DNA of 64,000 nucleotides from Candidatus Thorarchaeota archaeon (GTDB taxonomy: Archaea > Asgardarchaeota > Thorarchaeia > Thorarchaeales > Thorarchaeaceae): contig SDNP01000003.1 in the NCBI GenBank assembly GCA_004524445.1, forward strand, positions 54,798 through 118,797. The letters run 5' to 3'. The notes under the pieces are model-generated. The model had not been told where the DNA came from. It did not search any database and saw nothing but the letters and a program-made list of their open reading frames with translations. Positions 1-8,851 of the stretch are shown here, piece by piece (position 1 is the first letter of the stretch; every line of letters starts with the position of its first letter). The position numbers and the translations under genes are program-made.

Positions 1-841
1 ATTCTTCTTCTGCCGTCAGTAGACCTGCTTCCTCCAGATAGGAATCTCTAGTTTTCTTTACACTCTTCAGTTGGACCTCCTTGCGTTCTAGTTTGGAGGA
101 CATGTCCTGAATTGCATCTAAGAGATGAGGCTGAGGCACATCTTTCAGCAAATCCTCTGTGCCCTCTATCTCAGCCTTTTTCGACTCGATGGTCGCTTTA
201 TGTTCTTCAATTCGTTCATCCATGTCTTCAATTTGCTTTTCAATCACTTCAGGTCGAACATACTTATCCTCTAAAACCCCTATGCGAGTCTTCAAGTCGT
301 CTTCAAGATGAGATATGTGTCCGGACATATCACCAAGAATCTCAATATTATATACATCAACCAGAAGGCCTCGAAGGACCGATGCAGTAGCATTCGCAAT
401 TAGTGCTACTTCGCCTTGTCGTACAAGAAGAGTGTTTAATGCCTGCCGCAGACCCAAGTTGATAATTTCCTCGAGTTTTGACTCGACCGAGTTACTACCA
501 TCAGCAATTCGCTTCCATCCATTGACCGTATCTTGGTAGAAGACAACAGATAGCCTGCTAGCTGGATCATACGAGCGGTCTATCTTGTATTGACGACCTG
601 CCACTTCGAACTCAACGATGACCTTACAAAATGATGATGAGAAGCTAATCAATTCCTCGTTGGTTAGCTCAACCGCATTTGAACCCCATAGACACCATAA
701 AACAGCCTCAAATATCGATGACTTTCCAGTAGAGTTCGGCCCCTTGATGATAATCAGGCCGTCTGGGAGGTGGCCCTCAGTGGGCAGACGAACATCTCGG
801 AATGGCTTGAAATTTGTGAGCTCTATGCTCAGAATCTTCAT
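1..841 (-). CDS. rad50: Rad50 SMC-like ATPase, N-terminal part (runs off window)
   Basis: Not in ORF track. Manual translation from ATG at 841 gives MKILSIELTNFKPF...IIIKGPNSTGKSSIFEAVLWCLWG (Walker A). ATGA overlap with the mre11 stop. Confidence 0.93.
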   Translation of the reverse strand, partial: MKILSIELTNFKPFRDVRLPTEGHLPDGLIIIKGPNSTGKSSIFEAVLWCLWGSNAVELTNEELISFSSSFCKVIVEFEVAGRQYKIDRSYDPASRLSVVFYQDTVNGWKRIADGSNSVESKLEEIINLGLRQALNTLLVRQGEVALIANATASVLRGLLVDVYNIEILGDMSGHISHLEDDLKTRIGVLEDKYVRPEVIEKQIEDMDERIEEHKATIESKKAEIEGTEDLLKDVPQPHLLDAIQDMSSKLERKEVQLKSVKKTRDSYLEEAGLLTAEEE

Positions 842-2145
842 TTCTCACCATCCTCCGATAGATCGATATAGGCTAGCTTCTCTTCATCTCGGTTCACAGC
901 CTTTCTCAAAGCTTTGACTGCGACCTTTGTGAGCGTGCTTATGTCATATTGCTCATCGATATCTAGGGTTTCAACATACTCCCTGAAGTCCTGTTCAGGG
1001 TCTTCAATCAAGTATTCTGATTCTATTTCCGGATAAGCGGTTTCCCTAAACTCTTCCTTGTCGCGTCGTATGGTCCATACCAACTGTGCCAGGTTATACT
1101 CTGAGCCCTTCGTAAAGGCTTCAAGACGAAAATTCTCCAATGCAATGGTAAGGTCCATCGGCTTAACTCTGCTCGCAGAACCTTCAAAGACTAATCTGAC
1201 GCGTCCAGCAGTTGAAATGTCCCAGTCATATTTGAGGTCCTTTTCATCGAGAAAGGTTCGCACTTTATCAATCATCGTACCAACAGTATCATCAGAATCA
1301 ATTGTTAGCGTTTCATTGTAGACGGGACGAACAAAGTCAAGATGAGTGGGTGTGACGTTAAGAGCGTCCTCCTCTATGTCCACCACTATGAAGCCTTTCT
1401 CATGCTTTATTTCATCAAATCTCCAGCGTTCCGGGGAACCCGCATACCAAGCGTTCTTAGAATGTGCATGTTGTCGGTGATCGTGTCCAAGCGCAATGTA
1501 GTCATAACCCATGTCGAAAATCGGAGAGTAAAGACTCTCATCGAGCTCCATTCCATGTGCAACAGCGATAGAAGCCTTGTCGGAAGATGGTTTCTGATAA
1601 GTCCGAATCCAGTCAATGAATGCATCTACCAGGCCTGCAGAATCAAGAACATTCTTGTCAATATATGGAAAACAATACACATTCACTTTCTCATATTCCC
1701 TGACAAGTGGTTCCTCCATTGCAATTGCCCGCTTCAGTTCTTGTTGAGTTGCAACTTCCAATCGAGGAACAGCCATTTTGAGAGTGTCTAAGAGGGATAC
1801 CTCCAGAGTTCGATATATGCCGTGATTTCCTTCCAATATGAAAACTGGAATCTCCGTTCGCTCAGTGAAGTCCTTCAGGATCCTAATCGCGGTTTCCTGT
1901 GCGACCACGGGAGGTTGTGTGGGATTTCCTTCCCACGGAGAGTTATAGAGATCCCCCGAATGTACAACGAGTTCAACCTTTGGTTCAAGTTCTCCTATTT
2001 TTTTAAAAAGCTCTTCAAACCGTTCGTAGAAGTCATTCTCAAGAAGTCGAGTCCTCATTTCCACCGCCCACACATTTTGCCGTACCCCTGTACCTGGCCG
2101 AGTGCCAAGGTGGGTATCCGAGATGTGAGCAATTCGAGTTGTCAT
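838..2145 (-). CDS. mre11: Mre11 double-strand break repair nuclease
   Basis: Metallophosphoesterase motifs HISDTHLG, SGDLY, GNH, AHG, LGHDH; lies between herA and rad50. Confidence 0.92.
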   Translation of the reverse strand: MTTRIAHISDTHLGTRPGTGVRQNVWAVEMRTRLLENDFYERFEELFKKIGELEPKVELVVHSGDLYNSPWEGNPTQPPVVAQETAIRILKDFTERTEIPVFILEGNHGIYRTLEVSLLDTLKMAVPRLEVATQQELKRAIAMEEPLVREYEKVNVYCFPYIDKNVLDSAGLVDAFIDWIRTYQKPSSDKASIAVAHGMELDESLYSPIFDMGYDYIALGHDHRQHAHSKNAWYAGSPERWRFDEIKHEKGFIVVDIEEDALNVTPTHLDFVRPVYNETLTIDSDDTVGTMIDKVRTFLDEKDLKYDWDISTAGRVRLVFEGSASRVKPMDLTIALENFRLEAFTKGSEYNLAQLVWTIRRDKEEFRETAYPEIESEYLIEDPEQDFREYVETLDIDEQYDISTLTKVAVKALRKAVNRDEEKLAYIDLSEDGEK

Positions 2146-2154
2146 TTACATTCC

Positions 2155-3906
2155 TCATAGAATGTGTGTTTCTTCTTTGTCGCCATCTGAAGAGTAGGTA
2201 TGTTTGTCACGGTTAAAGATGTCATCAAATAATGGTATCCTTACTGGAAGTGGCATCTCTCTATAAGAGGCTGTTAGTAGTGCCTCTCCGCGAGCCATCA
2301 CTCTAAACTCATTCTGAAACCCTGAGATATTCACACTTGCATTATCTATGCATGCCTGTATTTCTCGTTCATTTCCAAGTCGAAGGTTGATTTCAGTATT
2401 CATCTGAGAGAGTATGACATTGTCTAGAACGCTGACCTGTTGGCTCACAACGAGTAACCCAATATTGAATTTCCTACCTTGCCTAGAGATATCTTTGAAG
2501 ACAGATCGACCGCGCATTAATTCTGGATTCAGGATAGACGGAGCCTCTTCTACTGTCACAAGAATTACCGGAAGCTTTCTGGGATCACGCACGCTTGACT
2601 TGTCAGAACTCCCATCCTTGCCGTAGAAAGATCTCGCTGCAGATTTGACTCCATTGAAGAACGGATATGGGAGTCTGCTTTTACCTTGAGTGTCAAAGTC
2701 GCCAAGATTACCGCTACTCTTCAATGCACGCCGCATATCGGATAGAGTACGAGTCACTATTGTCGTAAGAAGGAATTGCTCCATATCACTCATCAGGCTC
2801 GTGTTGACCACAAGAACGCGGCCGGATTCCATGGCTTTGAAAATCTCACCGAGAATTGATTGACCAGACTCGATGAATATCGGTGACCTCTGAACAAAAC
2901 TCAGGCGTCTCTGAACTGCTCGGAGGGTCCCCTTAGGATGCCCATGAGGGTCTTCATCCATCTGCAGGATTTCACCGATCCAATTCTCGTGATGTTGAGC
3001 ATATTGAGCATCAATAAATGAGTACATCTGAGATGTAAAGTCCATTATTGAGTACAAATCACGCGGCTGAATCTCACTCCACAGGATGCGAATTTGGCGG
3101 GCATATCTTTGAATCTCCCTCATTGTTGCACCAGCATGAGTTGTTAAGTAATAGAAATCGCCGAGTACGTCTGAACGAGTAGTTGGACTCATCTCTTCTA
3201 CAATATGCTGAATCCCATAGTTGTCAACACCCTGGGCAAATTCATCGTGGGGGTCAATGCAGAATGCGGAGATCGTTTGGCCCTCTCCGGTTCGTTTCAC
3301 TTTGAGGTTATTGTCAATTATGGATTTGATTAGGACCATCATCAAATTACTTTTACCGGCACCTGTGGACCCGAAAATTCCCAAATGCATCGGAAGAAAT
3401 TTCGATGGAATTTTTGCAGGAACATCGAGTGTTGCCTCTCCTACTTGCAAGTCCCCAACGTACATATGACCGCCTGTTTGGCTCTCAAGCATCTCCCTGA
3501 CAACCTCATCAGACGTACCAGGAACGGGTCGGTATACATCAGCCAGATGATCTGGTAATCTTCGCGGAGCGCGGAATTTCCAGCCATCCTTCGTTTCTTC
3601 GGCATAACCGAGCATCTTTCCCTCAACAGAGAGAAGCATATTTCGCTCAATACCTGATAGGTACGAATCACCTTCTACCATGAGAGTGCCTGCGACTCGT
3701 GCCAAGTCATCGACTTGTCTCAAGTAATTCTCAAGCCCTAGAACCCGAAAGAAGAACACGCGCTCCTGATTATCACGAGAAGAGTAGATTAGAAAAATCT
3801 CGCCGACGCTAACATCCCGATTCTTGCCCATGATTCCAAGATTGGTTTGGTTGCCTATGCCTAGCTTCCCGTAGTGCTCTCCGAGATTGTCCTTTTGTAT
3901 TGTCAT
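2155..3906 (-). CDS. herA: HerA bipolar DNA helicase/translocase
   Basis: Walker A GSTGAGKS, Walker B-like VEEAP, RQGRKF and SQ motifs, operon context. Start moved to the ATG at 3906. Confidence 0.9.
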   Translation of the reverse strand: MTIQKDNLGEHYGKLGIGNQTNLGIMGKNRDVSVGEIFLIYSSRDNQERVFFFRVLGLENYLRQVDDLARVAGTLMVEGDSYLSGIERNMLLSVEGKMLGYAEETKDGWKFRAPRRLPDHLADVYRPVPGTSDEVVREMLESQTGGHMYVGDLQVGEATLDVPAKIPSKFLPMHLGIFGSTGAGKSNLMMVLIKSIIDNNLKVKRTGEGQTISAFCIDPHDEFAQGVDNYGIQHIVEEMSPTTRSDVLGDFYYLTTHAGATMREIQRYARQIRILWSEIQPRDLYSIMDFTSQMYSFIDAQYAQHHENWIGEILQMDEDPHGHPKGTLRAVQRRLSFVQRSPIFIESGQSILGEIFKAMESGRVLVVNTSLMSDMEQFLLTTIVTRTLSDMRRALKSSGNLGDFDTQGKSRLPYPFFNGVKSAARSFYGKDGSSDKSSVRDPRKLPVILVTVEEAPSILNPELMRGRSVFKDISRQGRKFNIGLLVVSQQVSVLDNVILSQMNTEINLRLGNEREIQACIDNASVNISGFQNEFRVMARGEALLTASYREMPLPVRIPLFDDIFNRDKHTYSSDGDKEETHIL

Positions 3907-3922
3907 TTGTCGATACACTCTC

Positions 3923-5200
3923 CTAAAGATTGAAGTCAGCACGGAGCGGTTCCGTTGTCTGCTTCAAGATATCACCAGTAATTTCGCGTGCGATTCGAAG
4001 ATCCTCATATCCTAGCTTACATGATTGGTGTGCGAGTGCCAAGGGAACAGGATAGCCATACCATCGAGCGTCCCGTGCCATGAATTCAAGGTCACGAAAT
4101 ATGAGTTTCTCATTCTTTCTGGTGGCTTTGGGGTTGTCCTTCACGAAGATATTCTCCAGCCACCAGATTCTATCAAAATCGATACGTGAAGGGCGATTGT
4201 CACCTGAAAAGCTGTAAAGATATGGTACAGCCAGTTTAGGGGGAATATATGTTCGATCTTCGTAAATATGAAGTCCGCCTCCGGGATCCTCACTACAAGG
4301 CAGTTGGCAGAACCATTTGGCAGTATCGCCAAATTTCTCCTTAGCCATGCCTGCTATTCTATGAGCAAATGGAATAGTATGATTCTTGCTGACGGCGCAG
4401 AGTACCACCCCATTTTCTCTTGCCAACTTCGATAGTTCTCGTAGCATGAACCCGCTAGGCATAGAGGGGTACTGACGCACAAAATGCATGAAGACGGACA
4501 TGGCACCATCTAGTAGTAGATACTTGGGGTTTATTTCACTAGTCAAGACCCCACGTGCAGCAGCGTACTCAGAGACAGCGCGCAATTCTTCGTGTACGAT
4601 AGGATTAGTGAGAATTTGTGCGCGCGTTATCAAAGAGCTCATGCTCTTCAGTTCAGAAATGTAGTGAGAATATCTGGATGATTTGCCAATATCCTGGAGA
4701 GATTCAATCTCATCTGGTTTGAAGTCCATAAAAAACGGAAGAATAAGTTCTGCAATGTCTTTTTGGGGATAGATGTTAGCAAGCGACTCTGATAACTTTT
4801 GTTTGGCATCCCCTCTAACTCCAGAGTGCCAGTGCAGATCAAGATGAGGTTGCTCTCCAAGCTGATTTTCTATACGCAATCCATCTATAGGGTCAAAAAA
4901 GCTACCTTCACGTGTATTTGTATAGAGAATGCTGGTTGCCGTACTAATGATATGCACCCGGATATCATCCAAGGTGACTAAGTTATCCGAACCCGATCCG
5001 TCTATTGCAGCCACAATGAAATCTTCGTCTAATACAACATCTGAAGGATAGGTTTCAACCGAGTCCAAAAGATCTTCTTTTATTCTCAGTTCATCCTTTG
5101 CGAACTCTTCTTCATCCCTTCGATCTTGCTCATTATGAATATCCTTTATAGTATATTCCACAAGTCTTCTGAAGTTATCAGTGAGTATCTTGTCTAGCAT
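3923..5200 (-). CDS. nurA: NurA 5'-3' nuclease
   Basis: AAIDGS, LLDG, VSK and GYPxPLxxAH motifs; first gene of the herA-mre11-rad50 run. Confidence 0.9.
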   Translation of the reverse strand: MLDKILTDNFRRLVEYTIKDIHNEQDRRDEEEFAKDELRIKEDLLDSVETYPSDVVLDEDFIVAAIDGSGSDNLVTLDDIRVHIISTATSILYTNTREGSFFDPIDGLRIENQLGEQPHLDLHWHSGVRGDAKQKLSESLANIYPQKDIAELILPFFMDFKPDEIESLQDIGKSSRYSHYISELKSMSSLITRAQILTNPIVHEELRAVSEYAAARGVLTSEINPKYLLLDGAMSVFMHFVRQYPSMPSGFMLRELSKLARENGVVLCAVSKNHTIPFAHRIAGMAKEKFGDTAKWFCQLPCSEDPGGGLHIYEDRTYIPPKLAVPYLYSFSGDNRPSRIDFDRIWWLENIFVKDNPKATRKNEKLIFRDLEFMARDARWYGYPVPLALAHQSCKLGYEDLRIAREITGDILKQTTEPLRADFNL

Positions 5201-5345
5201 GATGCCCCTCTTCTGGGAGACCCCTTTCTGTATGCTGAGCCTTCAAATACTTGATACTGAGGAGGTCATAAAAAGATAGCACTCGGAGCGGACGAGGAAC
5301 ATCTAGAGCAAGAAAACTGGCAATGAGTCCATGTTATTGAATGAG

Positions 5346-5374
5346 AAAAAAGGAGTGAGGGAAACTCACTCCTT
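5346..5374 (-). terminator. Hairpin plus U-tract terminator
   Basis: Perfect 10-bp inverted repeat AAGGAGTGAG-ggaaa-CTCACTCCTT ending in a T-run on the minus strand, just after the stop at 5382. Confidence 0.65.
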
Positions 5375-5381
5375 GCTATGT

Positions 5382-5738
5382 TTATTGGTCAAAATCGTTT
5401 TCTTCTGCCTCGAGTTCCTCAAGCTCTTTTCGCGTCTGCTCAAGTTCGGCGTCTATGTCTTCCAGCGGTAGTATATCCCCCGCCTCGTCTTTAGAATGAG
5501 TGTCCAGGGTATACATGACGTTGAAGCCTGCCAATGTGTCGTGAATGGCATTGGCAATCTCAAGAATGGCATTGGTGATTTCAGATTCAGACATGTCCCC
5601 ATCAGATTCATGTTCATAGGCGAAGTCATAAGCCCCTCTTATTGGAGAAAAGCCCATATCAAGCAATTTGTTTATTACTTGTGAAGGACTCGCCCCTTCA
5701 CTGTTGAACCAAACTGATACACGTGTAATATATGACAT
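5382..5738 (-). CDS. Conserved archaeal hypothetical protein with acidic C-terminal helix
   Basis: Clean ORF with GAGGT SD before the ATG; FNSEGASPS...GFxPxxGxYDF pattern. Confidence 0.75.
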   Translation of the reverse strand: MSYITRVSVWFNSEGASPSQVINKLLDMGFSPIRGAYDFAYEHESDGDMSESEITNAILEIANAIHDTLAGFNVMYTLDTHSKDEAGDILPLEDIDAELEQTRKELEELEAEENDFDQ

Positions 5739-5805
5739 TTTAACAGACCTCAACTTTCAGAATACTACATTCGCCCTTTGAAATGCTATAAGCCTTTTCA
5801 GGTCT

Positions 5806-6900
5806 TTACTTCATTCGAGTGGCGTGCACCAAATTCGATGCATCTTCATGCTTTAGATTGTGCGCCCATGTCTTTTTGCAATCGCAGTCCAGTCGTTCAA
5901 ATACTTCGGTATCTTGATGTAATGAAAAATCCCTTATAGCGCTAGCAAATGCTGCATCACATTTCCCGCAATTGTGTGTTCCACGTTCCTTCCCAGGAGC
6001 AACGGGGTCACATATGATTGGAACTATTCCTTGTGATTCCTTATGAGTTCGTTTGAGTATCTCGACAAGACTCCATAACCACGGAGGTCTGTACTCTCGA
6101 TTTCTCCACAGATACTCAACTAGGGTGTACTTTTGCACATTGACGGGATTCACCGATACAGTAGTTACACCCATTTGGATTGCATCAGTGATGGTCTTGA
6201 TAGCATCGACTATGCTGTCGCGTTCTGTTAGAAAAGGGGGCTTGACCAAGACATAGGAACGAATTCCTATTCCGTGTTTGGCTGCAATCTTTTTTGCACT
6301 CTGAAAGTCTGTCAATGAAAAACCCTTGTTGATACATATATTCCGGATATCATCGTTGCTGCTTTCCAGGCCAATCCCAATCTCTATGTCGCGCCCTTCA
6401 AGAACGCTTCTGATTTGTGACATCATTTCGTCAGAAACATATTCCGGACGAGATTCGAGCACGACTTGCACGACTCTATCATCGGCTGCAATAAGTTCAA
6501 GAACTCGTTCGAGCACATTCGGAGGAACTTCTTCGGGATCGAGAAAGCTGCCACTTGTGTATATCTTCACTGACAAGGGTGCGGATTCGCCATCAAGCTT
6601 TGACATCGCTCCTTCAAACTGTGTAACAAGTTGTTCAGGCGTGGGGCTTCTTGTAGTACCATCAAGCAAGTAACTACACATACTGCAACCTCCAGCAGCT
6701 CCACGGGCATGTGAACATCCCACAGTGTTCAGAACAATGGATATGGCCTTACCGAATTCGTCTTTGAGTCTGGCTGTTGAAACCCACGCTGATGATGCCA
6801 CACTTAGATTACCGCTTCTTCTCCGTCGAATGGAGGAACCGCGTGATTTGAGAATTTCATCCTGAACTATCTTCAGCAATTGCTCATTCATGACTCTCAA
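5806..6900 (-). CDS. raSEA: Archaeosine biosynthesis radical SAM enzyme RaSEA
   Basis: CSHARGAAGGCSMC, KIYTSGSFLD, ESRPEY, YRPPWLWS, RGTHNCGKCD; overlaps arcS. Confidence 0.9.
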   Translation of the reverse strand: MRVMNEQLLKIVQDEILKSRGSSIRRRRSGNLSVASSAWVSTARLKDEFGKAISIVLNTVGCSHARGAAGGCSMCSYLLDGTTRSPTPEQLVTQFEGAMSKLDGESAPLSVKIYTSGSFLDPEEVPPNVLERVLELIAADDRVVQVVLESRPEYVSDEMMSQIRSVLEGRDIEIGIGLESSNDDIRNICINKGFSLTDFQSAKKIAAKHGIGIRSYVLVKPPFLTERDSIVDAIKTITDAIQMGVTTVSVNPVNVQKYTLVEYLWRNREYRPPWLWSLVEILKRTHKESQGIVPIICDPVAPGKERGTHNCGKCDAAFASAIRDFSLHQDTEVFERLDCDCKKTWAHNLKHEDASNLVHATRMK

Positions 6901-8831
6901 CTTCTGCTATGTCTGATATTGATGGCCATTCCGTTATCAAAGTCGCACATCTCAGCTCCAGACATCTCACTCTTCCCAACAGCAATCAAATCCCCATCAC
7001 GTCCAATGATGAGAACCTCGTCTCCCGGGCGAATGATTGAATCCGCCTCACTTATACCCACAGCAAATAGCGAGCCGCCTCTCAGTTTATCGCCATCAAA
7101 GTGAACCTGATATCTATCCAAAGACAGGAGGCGTTCTCCACCCTCAAGGGTCAACGAAACATTTCCGATTTGGCTAACGAAAGTGCACATTTGTACATCA
7201 TCAACTTCACAAACAATGTTCCCGTATACTTTGCCCCGGTAGCTTACATTTCCCGAAGTCACGAGTTTGCCGGCTCCTGTGCCAAATTGGAAGTCAAGTG
7301 TGGCAGACACGGTATTTTCAAGCAGTGTGGGAGTGCCACCGCGGAGCGCGTAAACATCAGCAAGATCAAGGAGAACCTCTTCAAGTGATTCCAGAGAAGA
7401 TTTCCTTGTTGCAGAAACATCATCAATTGTGTAAATAATGCTCTGACTAATATCATCCTCGGCGTCTTGCACAACCTCTTGGTAACCCCCGGAAACATGA
7501 GCAACGACTGTGGCAGATTCTGGAAACTTGGCTAGGTGTGTCGATAATGCAGATGCCGCAATCTCAATCTCTTCAGCATCCCAACTGCCAGTTACAGGAA
7601 TATCGTAGTTTTTCACGGGAAAAACTCTTTCCAATGCTCGAGGAACAATACCGATTGGCGAGGACATAATCACTTCAGCCACATTCTTGCGTTTGGAACC
7701 TAAGGCACGTTCAATTGATCTATCAAATCGTCTGTGGGACCGAGAGTCAGAATATGGCTTTCTTGCGGAGCAAGGAAGGAGAAGTACCACTTGGCAGTCC
7801 TGAGGAGGAGAATATCGTTCTACAAGCCTTTCTCTATAACGTCTTATTGCAGGAGCATTGTAGGACTCAGGTCCAATGAGAGGTTGGGGTTGGTCGCCAA
7901 CAGTCGGTGTAAATTCTTCAATGAAATCATAGGCATGATAATCAACTTGTCTCAGAAGGGCTGCCAACGCAGGACGACTATGTGTACTGCCCTCAACTAG
8001 CCATCGCAACTGCCCTTTCGAATAGAAATGAACAGCTTCCGATAACTTGCTTCTGTAAATGCCCACATTATGATGCATGAGTTCTGTCATGTCAGGATGC
8101 TTTGTGTTCACCAACCCTGTTTCTGCACACCAGCGACAACTACAGTAAATGGGGTGGGATTCCTTGGACATGTTTTCCTCATGGTATGACCAAAGCCGAA
8201 TGTTCCTGGATGCAGCATGCTCCGCATAGGCGATATCAAAAATATCGAATCCGAAGTAATACAAAATAGGAAACATATCAGGTTTAATGCAACCAAGTGC
8301 AATGGCAGTCCAATTTCGTGGGAGCATACTTCTGAGTCGTAGATTTTGAAGAGAGGTGGGTCCAAGATTTCCATCGAACAAGAAAGATACAGCTCTAATA
8401 CCCATCTCCTGCAACTCGGGTGTCAGGATCTTCAGCTCCTGATGATGGAGTGAACCGGGTACTCGAAGAATCCAGTTATCAGGCGATGTTCCGTCTTGTA
8501 AATCTCTGAGACGGCTAATCTGTTCTTCAAGAAGAATACGACTCGCTTCTTTGCCCAAGGTTGACATCGCTGGAAACAAAGGGGATAGAATCGGTTCTTC
8601 ATCTTTGGGCAAGTCAAGAGCAATCGTATTTGCAGAGGAAACAAATGTTGGAGCAGCGATACTGAGCCCGTTGTTGGACGGTGAATCCCTACCAGGAACA
8701 TAGTATTCACAATCAGTATTAGGAATCGTTGTGGGGCCCATGAGTGCGGGGAGCTTCAACTTGCTCTTTCCCGACCTAAGATGACCTACCCGAGCAGGCC
8801 CACTATGTCCGCGTTCAATCATATATTGCAT
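6897..8831 (-). CDS. arcS: Archaeosine synthase ArcS (TGT-like N-terminus, PUA C-terminus)
   Basis: Signature PCSARKPYSDSRSH, YDIPVTGxW, C-terminal PUA domain (IRPGDEV). Confidence 0.9.
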   Translation of the reverse strand: MQYMIERGHSGPARVGHLRSGKSKLKLPALMGPTTIPNTDCEYYVPGRDSPSNNGLSIAAPTFVSSANTIALDLPKDEEPILSPLFPAMSTLGKEASRILLEEQISRLRDLQDGTSPDNWILRVPGSLHHQELKILTPELQEMGIRAVSFLFDGNLGPTSLQNLRLRSMLPRNWTAIALGCIKPDMFPILYYFGFDIFDIAYAEHAASRNIRLWSYHEENMSKESHPIYCSCRWCAETGLVNTKHPDMTELMHHNVGIYRSKLSEAVHFYSKGQLRWLVEGSTHSRPALAALLRQVDYHAYDFIEEFTPTVGDQPQPLIGPESYNAPAIRRYRERLVERYSPPQDCQVVLLLPCSARKPYSDSRSHRRFDRSIERALGSKRKNVAEVIMSSPIGIVPRALERVFPVKNYDIPVTGSWDAEEIEIAASALSTHLAKFPESATVVAHVSGGYQEVVQDAEDDISQSIIYTIDDVSATRKSSLESLEEVLLDLADVYALRGGTPTLLENTVSATLDFQFGTGAGKLVTSGNVSYRGKVYGNIVCEVDDVQMCTFVSQIGNVSLTLEGGERLLSLDRYQVHFDGDKLRGGSLFAVGISEADSIIRPGDEVLIIGRDGDLIAVGKSEMSGAEMCDFDNGMAINIRHSRS

Positions 8832-8851
8832 TCTCAAGCATTCTCCATTTC

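Noticed and set aside
5255-5300. Hammerhead-like CTGAGGAG...GAC
   Set aside because: The required GAAA core and stems I/III are missing
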